Source of the DNA: Vitrella brassicaformis CCMP3155
Lineage: Eukaryota; Protista; Chromerida
Assembly (NCBI GenBank): GCA_001179505.1
Contig: CDMY01000047.1
Span: forward strand, 124,001-188,000
Direction of reading: 5' to 3'
Length of the DNA stretch: 64,000 nucleotides
In this document: positions 1-12,399 of the stretch, piece by piece
Layout of the letters: every line of letters starts with the position of its first letter
Numbering within the stretch: position 1 is the first letter of the stretch
Program-made: the position numbers and the translations under genes
The notes under the pieces: model-generated
The model's input: only the letters and a program-made list of their open reading frames with translations
Told to the model about the DNA's origin: nothing
The model's database searches: none

Positions 1-2
1 CA

Positions 3-2415
3 CGAGAAGAGCCGCCGATCGTCATCGCTGATGAGAGCAGGAACGCGGAGGAGCCGCCCGGGGAGCAGCAGCCTGAGGAGGGGCAGCAAGATGGAGAGAA
101 GGCTGCAGAGGGCGGGGAGGGGGCGGATCATGATGTGGACATGGAGGATCCGCGGCAAGGTGACGAGGAGCGGCCAGACAATGCAGATGTGGAGGACATA
201 GATGAGCCCGTCGATAGAGATCGATACCATGGCGACCATGACGACCATGACAACAACAACCGTGCATCCGGTGGCCCCCCCCCACACGACGACGAGCCCC
301 AAGGCATCAGCCCCATCCTGCGACGGCACCCACACCCGCCCCCAGACCGCCCTCCTCTCGTCAAGCGAGAAGACGAGGTCCTATCCATCGAGTCAAGCCC
401 ACCAGCGTCGAAACATCGGCCCCAGGCAAAGGCCCCTCCCTCTCGGCTGCCGGCACATGACCATGTGGAGGAGATAGAGGAGCCCGACACCCCGCCCAAG
501 CCGAACAGGCAGCCATGCGACAATTGGAAGTTCCCTCTCGGACGCGACCGTGGCTTCGTCAGACCTCCTGGGGCCAGGCTGGAGGGGCTGGGGCGCAAGG
601 GGATGGGAGAGAGACGGCATCTGGGGAGTGCTGTGAGGCCCCCACCACCACCTCCAGCTGCTGCTGCAGCTGCGGCTGCGGCTGCTGCGCCGCGGGTGGC
701 TTTGAGGCCGCCAGGTGGCGCTGGGATGATGTCGATGGATCTGTTTGGTGAGCGGGGGGAATCAGCCCCCGACCCTCCTGCGGGTGCGGCGGCGGCTGCA
801 GCAGCGGCCTTGCCCACTCCGTCCCCTCCCTCCCCGCCCCGCAAGAATCGCAAGACATTCGACTGGCGACACTCGGATGAAGGCGAGAGAAAAGAAGGCA
901 GCATCGCAAAAAGGGAGGAGGTCAAGGATGGGACACCTGCGGGTGATGGCGCCTGTCGGGGCAGTAGGGGCGGGGGTGGTGATGCGCTTGTGGCCGACGG
1001 GGAAAGGGAAAGGGGAAGGGCGGCGGGCGATGAGATGCAGATCGATATGGAGGTGGATATGGCTGTAGATAGAGCGCCTGTGGCGGTGCCGCCCGCCATC
1101 ACTGCGCCGGTGCGTGTGGTGCTGCTGGGCAGCAGCATCGACGAGGAGATGCTCAAGACCATGAAGCAAGCATGCGAGTGAGCGACGCGCACGCACACGT
1201 GCGTTCGAGTGCCGATAGTGATGCACACATATGTGATCCGTTCGTGCGTGTTGACGCGTCCAGGTTGATGCCAGGCACTGTCGTGATGCGATGGACGCCG
1301 AGCGTGACCCATCTGGTCGTGGCTGTCGACGATCAGCAGAGGGTCATCAATCGTACCATGAAGTACTTCATGGTACGTTCGCTCATACGCAGAGGCCAAG
1401 GCGCATGCTCATGTCTCTTTCCTGCTTCCCTTTCTCAGGCGCTGTTGGGCAGCCAGTGGATCGTGACGACTGAGTGGCTGGAGGCGTCGCTGCACAACAA
1501 GCGATGGATGCCCGAGGAGCCATTCGTAGCCTCAGGTGGGCCGGCCGGGTGACGACAAAGGAGAGACAAGGGGCCCCGTGCTCATGTGTCTCGCTCGTGT
1601 GTGCGGTGACAGGTGACCTGTTCGCCGAGGGGGGGCCGCGGAAATCCCGCCAGTGGAAAGACACCAACCACCCCAACTGCCCAAAACGGTATGTGACCAG
1701 ATAAATCGGACAGCCTCCCTCTCCCTCTATCGACCATCCGTCAGGTTGCTCAAGGGCCTGGCCATCTGCTGTGACTTCTACGAGCTGTCGTCCAGCGTCC
1801 CCAAGGCCGAGGACATCAACCAGGTCGCCCGACTCGCCGGCGCCATCATACTCAAACGACCCGCTGTAGCCAAGCGGAAAGCCAATGCGCCACCGCCCCC
1901 CGACAGCCCCTCCTCCCCCCGACCAAGGCCACTCCCTGACGGAGCGGCCCGCATTCTGCCGTCCCCCATTCGCAAAGCGAGAGGAGGCTCGTCCAGGCGG
2001 AGAGGCAGCGGGGCGGGGGGTGGTGGTACGCCAGATGGTGTTGTGAGGCCTCATGGGGCCCGGCTGTCGACGTCTGGCGGCAAGTCGGGGTCGCGTCGGA
2101 GGCGGGCGGGGGTGGTTGACGCTGCTGCACTGCCGAAGGAGTCGGTGGTGGTGCTCCTCGACCCAACAAAGAACAGGTAACTGACACACGTAGGCAAGGC
2201 TAGAGATGCCAAAGTGCACTTTGCTGGTATGTCTGTGGGTATCTGTGATTGTTCATTCGTTCAGTGTTGGTGTGGCTCGGTACGTGTCTGACGTGTTTCG
2301 GTGCCAGGTGGCCCCGGTGTCGTGGCTGCTGCTGTCCATATCGCACCTGCAGCAGCAGCCATTCGCCCCCCTGACTGATGCCTTCAAAGAAGAGGTGCCG
2401 CAGGCTCTTCCGTGA
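3..2415 (+). CDS. Tandem BRCT-domain protein (BRCA1/BARD1-like C-terminus), 5'-truncated by the window edge, multi-exon
   Basis: Reading frame is open from the window start through an acidic/Pro-rich region to about 1177. Spliced exons give WTPSVTHLVV...RTMKYFMALLGSQWIVTTEWLEASL (BRCT1 with its Trp motif), LLKGLAICC...VARLAGAIIL and VAPVSWLLLSISHLQQQPF (BRCT2). Stop at 2413-2415. Confidence 0.8.
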
Positions 2416-2866
2416 TGGCGTGTACGTTCCGTGGGGTGCGCGCAACAACGACGAGAATATGTACAAGAATTACTCAGTGACCATGGATGCTTGCATCCAT
2501 CCATGGGATGGACGAGCAAGTGTCTATCTGGGACATCCACGTATGTGCTCACGCATCAACATGTACGATCGAAGCAAGCTGCAAATGCATCACATCGCGG
2601 ACACAACCCACACCGACTCACTCATGGATTGCTCTCAGTGGCCATGAGCGAGGGCCGATGGGTGACCTGCGTGTCACTGATCGGCTCCCACTCACGGTCC
2701 TCGCAGAGCACGCTCCATGGGTGTATCGACGCCAATCCGTCATGCCGTGCACTGCACGCACCCCAACACACACCCCACTATGACACCAACGAGAGAAAAG
2801 CTGTTCGTGTTCCTCATCAGCCCCCCCAAGCGATCCGGCCCATCCATCCATCCATGTGTCACTCAT

Positions 2867-3349
2867 TCAAGTGGTCTTGTCGACGCCCATGTGCCGAAGG
2901 TCATCTTCTGTTGCGGGCGGTGCAGACGGAATCAGCATCCTCACCCTGTCCTCAGCCTCCTTCCGCCACCCAGGGAACAGAACCGCCACACAGATCAGCG
3001 CCATAACCGTCACCAGCACCAGAAACAACAGGATGGACAGCCCCGTCACCAGTGCCAGCAGCTCGGGATTGAGAAGCAGGGGCAGCAACAGACTCAGCAG
3101 CAGCAGGGCGCCGACAACCGCACAGGCGACGCAGCAGCACATGGCAGGCCGTCGGCTGTGCTGGGAGTGAGGAATCGTCGGAGCTGCATCCACAGGCACA
3201 CGCACACACACAGAGAGAAATCCGGGGATCATGCGCTGCTTGTTTTTGTCTGCTGCCTTACCGATGGCACGTTGGAATGCATCGACCTTCCAGTCTAGCT
3301 TTGCCTTCTCGCGGTAGCTCTCCAGCTGGAGAGCGACACTCTCGGCCAT
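2867..3349 (-). CDS. Small hypothetical membrane protein (about 2 TM helices); 3' end uncertain
   Basis: ORF 2867-3349 with an in-frame GT-AG intron (gtaagg...gatgcag) and a long hydrophobic run (CAVVGALLLLSLLLPLLL...LSILLFLVLVTVMALICVAVLF). No family recognised. Confidence 0.45.
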   Translation of the reverse strand: MAESVALQLESYREKAKLDWKVDAFQRAIGKAADKNKQRMIPGFLSVCVRVPVDAAPTIPHSQHSRRPAMCCCVACAVVGALLLLSLLLPLLLNPELLALVTGLSILLFLVLVTVMALICVAVLFPGWRKEAEDRVRMLIPSAPPATEDDLRHMGVDKTT

Positions 3350-3570
3350 GCCATCATGGGCTTGGGCGGCAAATTTCTATCAGGTCTTCCCTCCCTGTTT
3401 CTCGTGGCCTCAGATCTGCAGCCTTCGCTGTCAGGGGTCACTCTATAAGCTCGCAGCCACTTGCGAGCTTCGAGAGCTGAGAGGGAGGAAAAAAGACTGC
3501 GGAGCAGGAAAGAATCTCCCTTATCACCATTCACCCTTCAGCTGATCAGCTGGATTCAAAGATCTCAAAG

Positions 3571-5915
3571 ATGCCGAGGCTGACGATGGATGCAGAAGCG
3601 GCCTCAGATGATCCCTCGCCAGATCCACCGCAGCACCTGTCATCGTCAGCCGCCGCCCTGCCCTCGGCAGCGCCCCGCCTATCGGCTTCGTCTGACACGT
3701 CTATAGGCGTCCGAGGCTTGAACGATGTTGTGCGAGCAATGGTGCAGCGCAGGGGACTGACGTCAGTCTTCGAAGAGATGGAGACGCTCCGACGCGCGAG
3801 AGGAGAGGGCGCCCACAGGAAGGATCTCACAGTCAAGGATCTCACGATTGTGGTCAGCTGACCGATTGAGAGCAAGAGACGGGATCATGTGGAGGTCTCG
3901 TTGGGTTGGTTGTTTTGTTCCCTTTGGTGTGTTGGTTGTTCGTTCAGGGTGTGTCGTCTGTGGTGGGTGCGGGCCTATTTCTAACGCCAGGTCAAGCTGG
4001 GGCGTTTGCTGGTCCTGCCCTTCCGGTGGCCTACATGATGGGGAGCATCGTTTGCATTGCTCCCGCGCTGGCCATGGGTAAGTGGGTGGGTGAGAGATGG
4101 GTGGACACAGCATCCAGAAACAGCGGTTTTATGTGGAATATGCGCGTGTTGCAGGTGAGCTGAGCTCACAGTACCCGTCTGCTGGGGGTCTCTACACAGT
4201 TTGCTATATCCTTTTCGGCGAATTCATCGCATACCTGGTACGCCCCTGCTCACGAGTGTCTCTCTTCCCCTTTTCTCCTCGCTTTGTGGATGCGTTGATG
4301 CAGCTGGCGTTCTCCCAGGCCATCATGTATCTGTTCGCATCATGTGTGGCCGCGCGAGGCTGCGCCCAGTACCTCGCCGCATTGCTCAATATCATCGGCC
4401 TGCCGCAATCTGTGACATCGTATCTCTTCTTCGAGCCGCCGGCACCCTTCAACGATCTTTTCGAGGTCTCTTTCGTGGCGCCTCTGTTCCTCCTGGCCGT
4501 CACCACTATCAACAGCCTGGGCTCGCATCGCGTTGCTGTCTTTCTCAAGTGGAACTTCCTCTTCAACTACTCTTTGATTCTCTTCTTCATTGTGGCTGGG
4601 GCGGTGTTCTTCAATGCGGCCAATTTCGTACCCTTCGCCCCCAATGGCATGCAGGGAGTCCTGGCTGCCGCATCTGTGGCCATTTTCGCCTTCCCGGGGA
4701 GCGAGACGATTGCCAACCTGAGTGAAGACTGCGAGTCACCGTCCCGGCAGATTCCGCTGGCCATGGTCGCCACGCTCGCCATTGCAACAACGGTGAGCAA
4801 CCAAGCAAGCAATATGTTGACAGACTTGACTGACGTATGGACCCCTTAAGATGAACGCGCGCACAGGTTTACGTCTCGGTCAGCGGAGTGCTGATGGGTA
4901 TGGTGCCGTCGGGCTTGCTGGACCCCCGCGCTCCGCTGTCTGAGGCCTTTCGGTACCACCACTGGGCCTGGATGGGGGGGCTCGTGGCGGCGGGGACCAT
5001 GACAGTGCAGCTGCCCGTCATGTTCTCTATCGGCATGGCTAAGGTCAGCCACTTAACACGATAGGCGATGGATGTCTGAGACAGGTATGTGTTGTGTGTG
5101 TGTCACCAGGCCAGGATTATCCTGCAAATGTCCCGTGACGGATTGCTGCCCAGAGTAGGCAAGCCACTCGTGCGAAGGTGTGTTCTGCGTCTCATGTGTT
5201 CATGTCTTCCACGTGTGTGTAGGCGTTGAGCCGTATCGACCACCACGGCACACCTCAGTTTGGCGTGGCTCTCCTAGGTGGCATCGCCGCCGTCATGTCG
5301 GCTCTTCTGAGAATCGAGGCCTCAATGGCCCTTGCCGTGGCTCTAGTTATGACCAACTACGGTTTCAGCTGCTACTGCGTCCTTCTGAGGCGACTCGCGC
5401 CGGTCCATCGAAGCCGACAGGACGGCCGCGGGGAGTCCCCGAGATCGAGGGCGGGTGTGAAGAGAGAGGTGGTCATCACGCTTGGCGGGCTCTTTATGGT
5501 GGTGTCTCTGTGTTTCGGCTACACAATCCACGTGCCGGCGATGGGCAGAGCCATGCAGATAACTGCGGCTGTGTGCGTGCTGGTGCTCGCCGCGGCTGTC
5601 TGCGTCCTGACAGCTGTGACGAAGCCGCGCCGAGCCAATAAGGCGGTGATCGGCGTGGCGGGTGAGCCGCTGCTGGGCGAGAACAATGAGCACATGGACG
5701 ATGGGTCAGAGTCGGTGGCTACCGGGTTTCTGTGTCCGTTGTTTCCTGTGCTGCCTTTGGTGGGGATGTTTCTGACAATGTTGACGGTTGCCGGGTGTGG
5801 GTGGCGGGTGCTGCTTGAGGTGCTGGGTGTGTGGTGCTTTGTGTCGGTCTTCTACTTTCTTTATGGCATTCACTACAGCGCCATCAGACAGACTGCCGCT
5901 GCGCCGATCGAGTGA
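3571..5915 (+). CDS. APC-superfamily amino-acid permease, cationic amino-acid transporter (CAT/SLC7)-like
   Basis: Spliced exons give GVSSVVGAGLF (TM1), ELSSQYPSAGGLY, FAPNGMQGVLAAA..FAFPGSE..SEDCESPSRQIP, ARIILQMSRDGLLP, GTPQFGV and the C-terminal FLCPLFPVLPLVGMF...FYFLYGIHYS typical of CAT-family C-termini. Confidence 0.92.
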
Positions 5916-6178
5916 TCACTCACTTTGCTTCCCCGCAGTTTGTCTTATGGAGTGCATGAGTGAGTCGGGCCGTCCTTTCTGATGGCATGTCTGTATGTCT
6001 ATCTGTATGTCTGTTTGTGTGTGTGTTATTGTCTGTGCGCGACGTGCGTGTGATGTGTATAGATCGACCCTACCTTGACCAACCATGCCATACATGCCGT
6101 ACGTAAGTCTTCTTTGTTTGTCCACTCATGCCATGCACTCACCCCCCATCCACTCATCCACTCCACTTGTTCATTCAT

Positions 6179-6970
6179 TCATTCGACCTCTGCCGGTGGT
6201 GGGTCGGGGTCGCCCGCGTCGTTTCTGTCCAGCACATAGACGTGGCTGTGGCAGGCCAGCGGCGCCTGCACCCCGCCCACTGCCCCTCCATACACACCAG
6301 ACTGGTCACCACTGCCTCCCTCCTGCCCCCCCTCCCCCGCCTTAGCCTTGCTGGCCGCCTGATGCGCCCGCCTGTTGGGCACCGCCTCGATGCCCAGGTA
6401 GCAGTCTCTCAGCCGTCTCTCGTTGGGCAGCTCCTCCCCCTCGCAGATGAGTGTCTGGTTCTCCACTGCAATGGCCATGTGCTGCGACAGCTGCTGCTTG
6501 ACGTCGGCTATGGAGTCGTGGAAACACATCTCAAGGGCCACAGTCTGGGCCGTGTGGGCATTGGTGAGGAAGAGCACCAGGGGCGGCAGGGGGGGCGACT
6601 CCACTATGTAGAGGTGGACATGCGCGGCCCCGGGCGGCAGGCCGCTTTCCTTAATTTTGGCCTTGTTGGGCAGGAAGGTCCCGGCGCTTCCTTCCATCAG
6701 CACCAGACGCCCCTTCGGCACCTCAGGGGCGGGCGGGGCGTTCTGCTGCCACAAGGCCAGCAGCCGGCCCTTGAATGACAGGACGGTCTCCTCCAGCTCG
6801 GCTTCAAGGTCGATTTGCCGGCCGTCTCCAGGCAGGTGGACTGTCGCAGCGACGCTGGTCGCCGCGGCGGCTGCCACCTTTTGCCGAGTGTGCTGGCGGG
6901 AGAACGACTTGGAGAAGGACTTGGATGCACCGGCAGGCGGCACATCCGTGCCCTCCATTGACTTGTCCAT
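6179..6970 (-). CDS. Intronless protein with two tandem ubiquitin-like domains
   Basis: Single ORF from ATG at 6970. VHLPGDGRQIDLEAELEETVLSFKGRL and LFLTNAHTAQTVALEMCFHDSIADVKQQLSQHMAIAVENQTLICEGEELPNERRLRDC match the ubiquitin beta-grasp pattern. No terminal Gly-Gly. Confidence 0.75.
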   Translation of the reverse strand: MDKSMEGTDVPPAGASKSFSKSFSRQHTRQKVAAAAATSVAATVHLPGDGRQIDLEAELEETVLSFKGRLLALWQQNAPPAPEVPKGRLVLMEGSAGTFLPNKAKIKESGLPPGAAHVHLYIVESPPLPPLVLFLTNAHTAQTVALEMCFHDSIADVKQQLSQHMAIAVENQTLICEGEELPNERRLRDCYLGIEAVPNRRAHQAASKAKAGEGGQEGGSGDQSGVYGGAVGGVQAPLACHSHVYVLDRNDAGDPDPPPAEVE

Positions 6971-7148
6971 GGGGATTGTTAACGAACGGAGGGGGCGTAG
7001 GGAGACGGGAGAAGCCCGCGAGGCGCGGCGGGGAAGGTAAACGATCTCGATATTGGGGATATCAGCGCAAAGCACATGAAGGCAGGCCTGGGAATGACAG
7101 AACACAGCAGATCTGCCGTGCCACATTGTCCTTTCTCTGTTCTTGCAG

Positions 7149-8003
7149 ATGCAGGTCCTTCTTGGCGCCGTTGTCATTCTCTCTTTTGCATGGTTCAGCG
7201 AGTGCGTGAACGGCCGGAGTGGCCGTCTGCGGCATTCCCTTGCGCAGCCGAAGATTCCCTCTCCTCACTTTATGACCCAGATCTTCACTTTGAAGGGTAG
7301 TGAGCCCAGATCTGCTCGAAATATGGCTGCCTCCTTTGTTTTCTCCTCTGTCAATGGTACAGATTGCGGTTATGGCGGGGACGTGTTGAGGCTGACGGCG
7401 GATGACATGCACGAGGTCAAGGAGGGCGACGCCATCAAGCCCGTCTACAACCAGGAAGGTGTGCACATGCCCTTTGGAGCGGAGAACGATGGACACTTGC
7501 ATTCTCCTTCTTGTCTTTCTGTCTGTCTGTCTGTCTTTCTGTGCAGCCCCGTACGCTCACAACATCCACAGCGTCGAGGTCAGCCATCCTAAGATCGACC
7601 TACAGTGATTGTGAGTGTGTGGATGCGGGTGGATGTGTGGATGCGATGCAGCTGTGTGGTTTCGGTAAGGTGGAGCTCTTCGAGTTTGCCGACGGTGTGA
7701 CGCTCACGGAGGGGGTGAGCCGATGCAGGGGAAGCGCGTACGAGTGCCAGGTCAGTATGCAGGCAGGGCAACGCACCATACCAAGAGAGGATGGTGCTCT
7801 GCCTGCACTGCATGATGCGCATATATCAGTGTTTCCCAGTCGATGCCAACAAGGGCGTCCTCAGCCTCTCGCGAGGTGAGGATACTCATCCATATCCCAC
7901 ATCTCATCTCATCGTGCGATGGCGGCCCATTTCTGTCCTCTCATCTCATCTCCGTGTGTGTGTGTGTGTATGTGCAGTCCCCAATGCATGCCAGCAGGAG
8001 TAG
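7149..8003 (+). CDS. Small secreted Cys-containing hypothetical protein (about 150 aa, 5 exons)
   Basis: Signal-peptide-like start MQVLLGAVVILSFAWFSECVNG. Phase-consistent GT-AG splicing yields ...KDCGYGGDVL...APYAHNIHSVELCGFGKVELFEFADG...RCRGSAYECQCFPVDANKGVLSLSRVPNACQQE*. Confidence 0.6.
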
Positions 8004-8260
8004 CTCGTGCCGACGCCTGCTGCAGTGGGCTAGCCTTTAGACATATGTGGCTGCATGTGTGGATGCATGCCTCTGGTATACGATCGCAAATGAGAATGCG
8101 GGTGTGCACTGCACTGCACAGGACGGACGTCATTCAAGTAATGTCGGTCAACAAGCCACCATGCACCCATCTGAGCACAACAGCGAATACCATGGAGAGA
8201 CGTGTGAGAGAAGAAGACAGAGCAACGCACCATCCACACGAAAGTATGCCTCGACTTTTG

Positions 8261-9227
8261 TCACGAGGCGGTCGGCGCGTGAGAGACACGACGTGAGTGT
8301 TGTGAGACTCCCCGTGGGTAGCTGACGCCCTTCTTGGTGTTGCGCAACCTCGTCAGCCGCCGATCCACGCGAGCCAAATACTCTACACCACACACACATA
8401 CGCACATACACACATACACACGTGTGTCATGGAGAGCTCCTCCCCTTTTGATTGCCACTTCTGACTCTGAATGACCTGAGAAAGTGATTCTTTTCTCCTG
8501 TCCGTCGGGCCCCTTGTCCTCCTCGCCAAAGATGGCATGAATCTCCTGCAGACAGACAGACAGACAGACAGAAAGCCAGAAGGACAGAGACGTAAAGAGG
8601 CAGAAGGTTGACCGTCCAGTCTCTGTCTGTCTGCAGGATGCCACCGTCCGTTCCTGACCTGGTCGAGGAGCTCTCGTCCATAGCGGACGAATAGGATCTG
8701 CAGCGTCTGCTCGACGTTGATCCGGCCCTCGAAGTGCTTATCGTACATCAGAAACTGAACCAAGTGGAACAGCTTCCTCGGCTCAAGACCTAGAGACAGG
8801 CACCACCCACCCAGCCAGCCAGTCAGCCACAACGCATATGTGTGATGGTTGTCTCAGAGAGAGAGAAGGGAGGGAGAGAGACGGCGTCGACCTGCCTACC
8901 TGTTTTGTCGTTGATGCATCTTTGGTACATGATAAGGAACTCCTCCCAGCTGATGGAATGGTCGAGGTCGTCATCCACCTCCCACACCATCAACTCTATC
9001 TCCCTCTGCACGCACACACACACCCAAAGCCATCGTGGGGCTCCCACTCTCTCTTTGATTCGTCAGGCGCCGACCTTGTGCATGGGCGCCCCCAGTTTGT
9101 TGAGGACGTCAGCGAGTTCCTGCCAACTCAGCTTGCCGTCCCTGTCGGCGTCGATGATGGCAAACACCCTCTTGAGGGCCTCGTACTCGACCAGCGATAT
9201 CTGCTCCTCCTGTTGACCTTCACTCAT
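8261..9227 (-). CDS. Calmodulin-like EF-hand protein (type seen in flagellated protists)
   Basis: EF loops DADRDGKLSWQE and DDDLDHSISWEE, then degenerate DKHFEGRINVEQ. Exons LEPRKLFHLVQFLMYDK and TLQILFVRYGRELLDQEIHAIFG. Confidence 0.88.
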
Positions 9228-9457
9228 ACTCAGAGGCTGCGGCAGCCCCTGAGGACCCGCACGCTGGGTAGAAAGAGCCGAAGATGCCGTCGGACCTGCC
9301 ATCGCCTTTATCCTCAGAACAACCCTCAATCTAAGCTCGCAGAACGCGAGCTCTCGGCCGGGGGCAGCACCTGTGGTTCGAGATCTCAAGCAGATCTGTG
9401 GACGATGGATGGTGAAGAGCGACCACCCGTGAAATGTTGCTGAGCTGAACCAAAGAT

Positions 9458-12315
9458 ATGCTCAAACGAGCCAACAGCCTTCCCAGCAGCCGATTTTTGC
9501 GCCATGTGTGCCTTGCGCTCGCCCTCGGCCTCACAGGCAGCCTCACCGAGCCCGCCGCATTCGTCGCCCCGTCACCGAGGACTCCCTGGCTTCTGCAGCA
9601 GACCACCCGGAGTCGCCACATGCGTCTGCACAGCAGGTGGCGGCACAGCAGCAGAATGCCATCACGAGACCAGCCCGTGCACCCGAGAAGCGAGGCATCT
9701 GACGATGAAGGTGATGGAGAGGCGGGCTGGCCTGACCAGCTCATGAGGCGATTTCTGGAGACCAGCTCGTCCGTGATTGGGGATTTTTCACGCTCCGTGT
9801 GGGTGTTGGCTGCCCTGCCTCTGCTCTGGCTGATTGCTGATCCGAGCTGGATCACATCGCTCTCGTCCTCCGTCGGCCAAGTGCTGCAAACCAGCCACAC
9901 GACCACATCATCGACAGCAGCGGGAGGAGATGCCCGTCCTGTGTCCCTCTGGCCGCCCCCCGCGTATGCGGACGATGAGCTGCGGAAGTTTGCGGACAAC
10001 GGCAACCCGGTGGCTGTGGACCCGCTGTGCTTCGTGCGTCGGTGTCAGCTGCAGACCAAGGCGTGTGCTGCCGACCGGTCCTGCATGAAGGGGCTCACCT
10101 GCCTCGCCAGATGCAGGGGCGACTCCATGTGCTCTACCAGTGAGTGGATGATGGAGAGGCAGATCAGGGAGAAACAGATAGACGAGGAGGGTGTGTTGGT
10201 CGGTGTGTGTAGGTTGCTTTTCCCGTTTCGGGTCGAGCACATTGGATGCGTTTCTGACGTGCAGTGTGGAGAAGGAGGGGTGCGTCAATGTGCCGCGGGA
10301 CCTGGGGCCCGCCACGTGGACATCACCCAAGGAAGACCAGGCACCGTAGGCGACACAGACAGACAGACAGACAGACAAACCACACCACACCACACGGGCA
10401 CCGCATCTCTATCTACGCGGCGTTGTTCTGTGTGTGTGACGTATAGTGGCCCCGTTGATGATTTCGACGTCGCATCGATGGAGGGTACCTGGTACAAGGT
10501 GCTCGGCATGAACTCACGGTCAGCCAGCAAAGAGGGCGGAGGAAATGGACACAGAAAGACGTCACCGGCTGCCCTGCCCCACTTTCCTGTGCGGGTGTGG
10601 TGTGCAGGTACGACTGCTTCGACTGTCAGAAGAACACCTTCACGCCAGCTGAAGAGCCAAACAGTGAGGGAGCAGATATGTCAGTCTCTTTGGTGTCGAT
10701 GCATGTGTGACATGCAATCCTCGTTCGTGTCGTGTGTGTTGTCTGTCTGTCTGTCTGTCTGTGCAGAGCCGTGGCGTGTCGCTGTGGAGTTCAGTCTGCC
10801 TCGTCCGCGTGGCGGTGCGTGGAACAACCGCGTTAGCGAGGACATGTTCCCGGAGGCCACACCAGACATGCGCAAGCAGAGGAGCTACCGCACCAAAGGA
10901 GAAATGTTCGGACTCACTTTCTGGGAAAACTGGTGAGCTCAGCTCAGTGGACCCTCCCTCCCATCACCCACACCCACTCACCCACCCACCGCACACACAC
11001 GTGTGCTGACCGATCCATGTGGCCTCAGGTACATTATCGGCCAGCGTGACGAGGGCCCCGACCCCTACAAGTTCGTCTACTACACGGGCCACACGCTCCA
11101 GGGCAACTACCGCGGCGCGTTCGTCTATGTCCGCACTCCCACCTTACCCCAGAGCATCGTGCCAGAGCTCACCCAGGTGGCCGAGCGGGCCAAGCTCAAA
11201 CTGGCCGACTTCTGCGTCATCGATAACGACAAAGTCGGAAGGAGGCAAGACGGAGAGAGGGAAAGGGAGAGGGAGAGGGGGGGCATGCGGCTGGCGAGGA
11301 CCACCGGCAAGGCAGCCAAGGAAGACATTGATCGAGGTGGGTGGGTGGGAGATGAACCAGGCAGGCATTCTTTTGTGAACCGACCATCGATCCATCAATC
11401 TCTCCCTCCATCCATGTATGTGTGTGTCAGATGCGAACCTGCGTTGGTTCACGAGTCGGTCCATCCCGTTGTGGAACTACCGCTTCTTCGAGCTGACTCG
11501 ACTGCTGGCCGAGGAGTTCAGCGACTGGTTCGAAGACCCTTCCATCACCTCACAGTGGCTCGTCGAACAGCAAAGACGGTACGTGACACACTTCACTTCA
11601 TCCCCCAGAAACACCCACCACCCACACCCTCACCATAATTGCCCTCAAGATTACCCTCCGGTTTGTCTGTCCATCCAGGGTGATCCTGACTCAGCCCTTT
11701 GCCGTGTCGCCCTTCGCAGAGAACCCCTTGGGCACCGACGCGTCCGTCAACATCGACCCCACCGAGTATCTCCTCAGCTCCGGCAACGTCCGCAACGAGC
11801 AGCTCCGCGAGAAGGTCGAGACGCTCGAGGAAATCTTCGATGCCAAGGCCACTGTCGACCCCATGGACACCTCATCGGTGGAAGGGCTGCTTTCTCTCAA
11901 TGGTGAGGCGATGCCCGTGGAGGTGCTCAACACCAGAGGGCGCAGCAGCAGCCCCTTCACGACCACCCCAGCATCACGGCGGATGTCACTCATGCTGGCC
12001 AGGCGGGGAGCGGACGGATCGGCCGTGCGGCCTCCGTCGCAACTGGACATCCCCCCTCTCCCCGATGAGCTGGAGATGGAGGTCTTGCTTCCGCCAGCGC
12101 AGTTCCTCACCGCCGAGCAGCGGGCCTTCATCCGGCAGTACTCGAGGCGGCCCTGCCTCTACAGGCCGACCACACAACAGCAGCAGCAGCAGCAGCCGTC
12201 GACGGCTGCTGCGTCTGCGTCGAGGGTGCTGCCGGGATGGCTGGGCCGCATCACCAATGTCAACAACAGGGTGCCGACGGGCGGGCCGGGGATGGCCGAG
12301 GCCGCCATGCCCTGA
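9458..12315 (+). CDS. VDL: Violaxanthin de-epoxidase-like (VDL) lipocalin protein with a bipartite plastid-targeting leader
   Basis: Cys-rich N-domain CFVRRCQLQTKACAADRSCMKGLTCLARCRGDSMCST, lipocalin segments GTWYKVLGMNSRYDCFDCQKNTF and GEMFGLTFWENWYIIG...KFVYYTGHTLQGNYRGAFVY, and a C-terminal EEFSDWFEDP region. Leader CLALALGLTGSLTEPAAFVAPS. Confidence 0.88.
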
Positions 12316-12399
12316 CGGACATTGCCAGCCCACGTAGTTAGATACATCCTGTAGCTAATGGGCCACGCAGGCTGGCAGGGATTTTTAAGGCTTTCTCAT

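Noticed and set aside
128-1399. Long antisense or alternate-frame ORFs (also 18226-19323 +, 18776-19993 -, 22188-23219 +, 55991-57904 -)
   Set aside because: They are shadows of GC-rich low-complexity coding exons on the other strand or frame, some inflated by N runs, with no independent domain signal.
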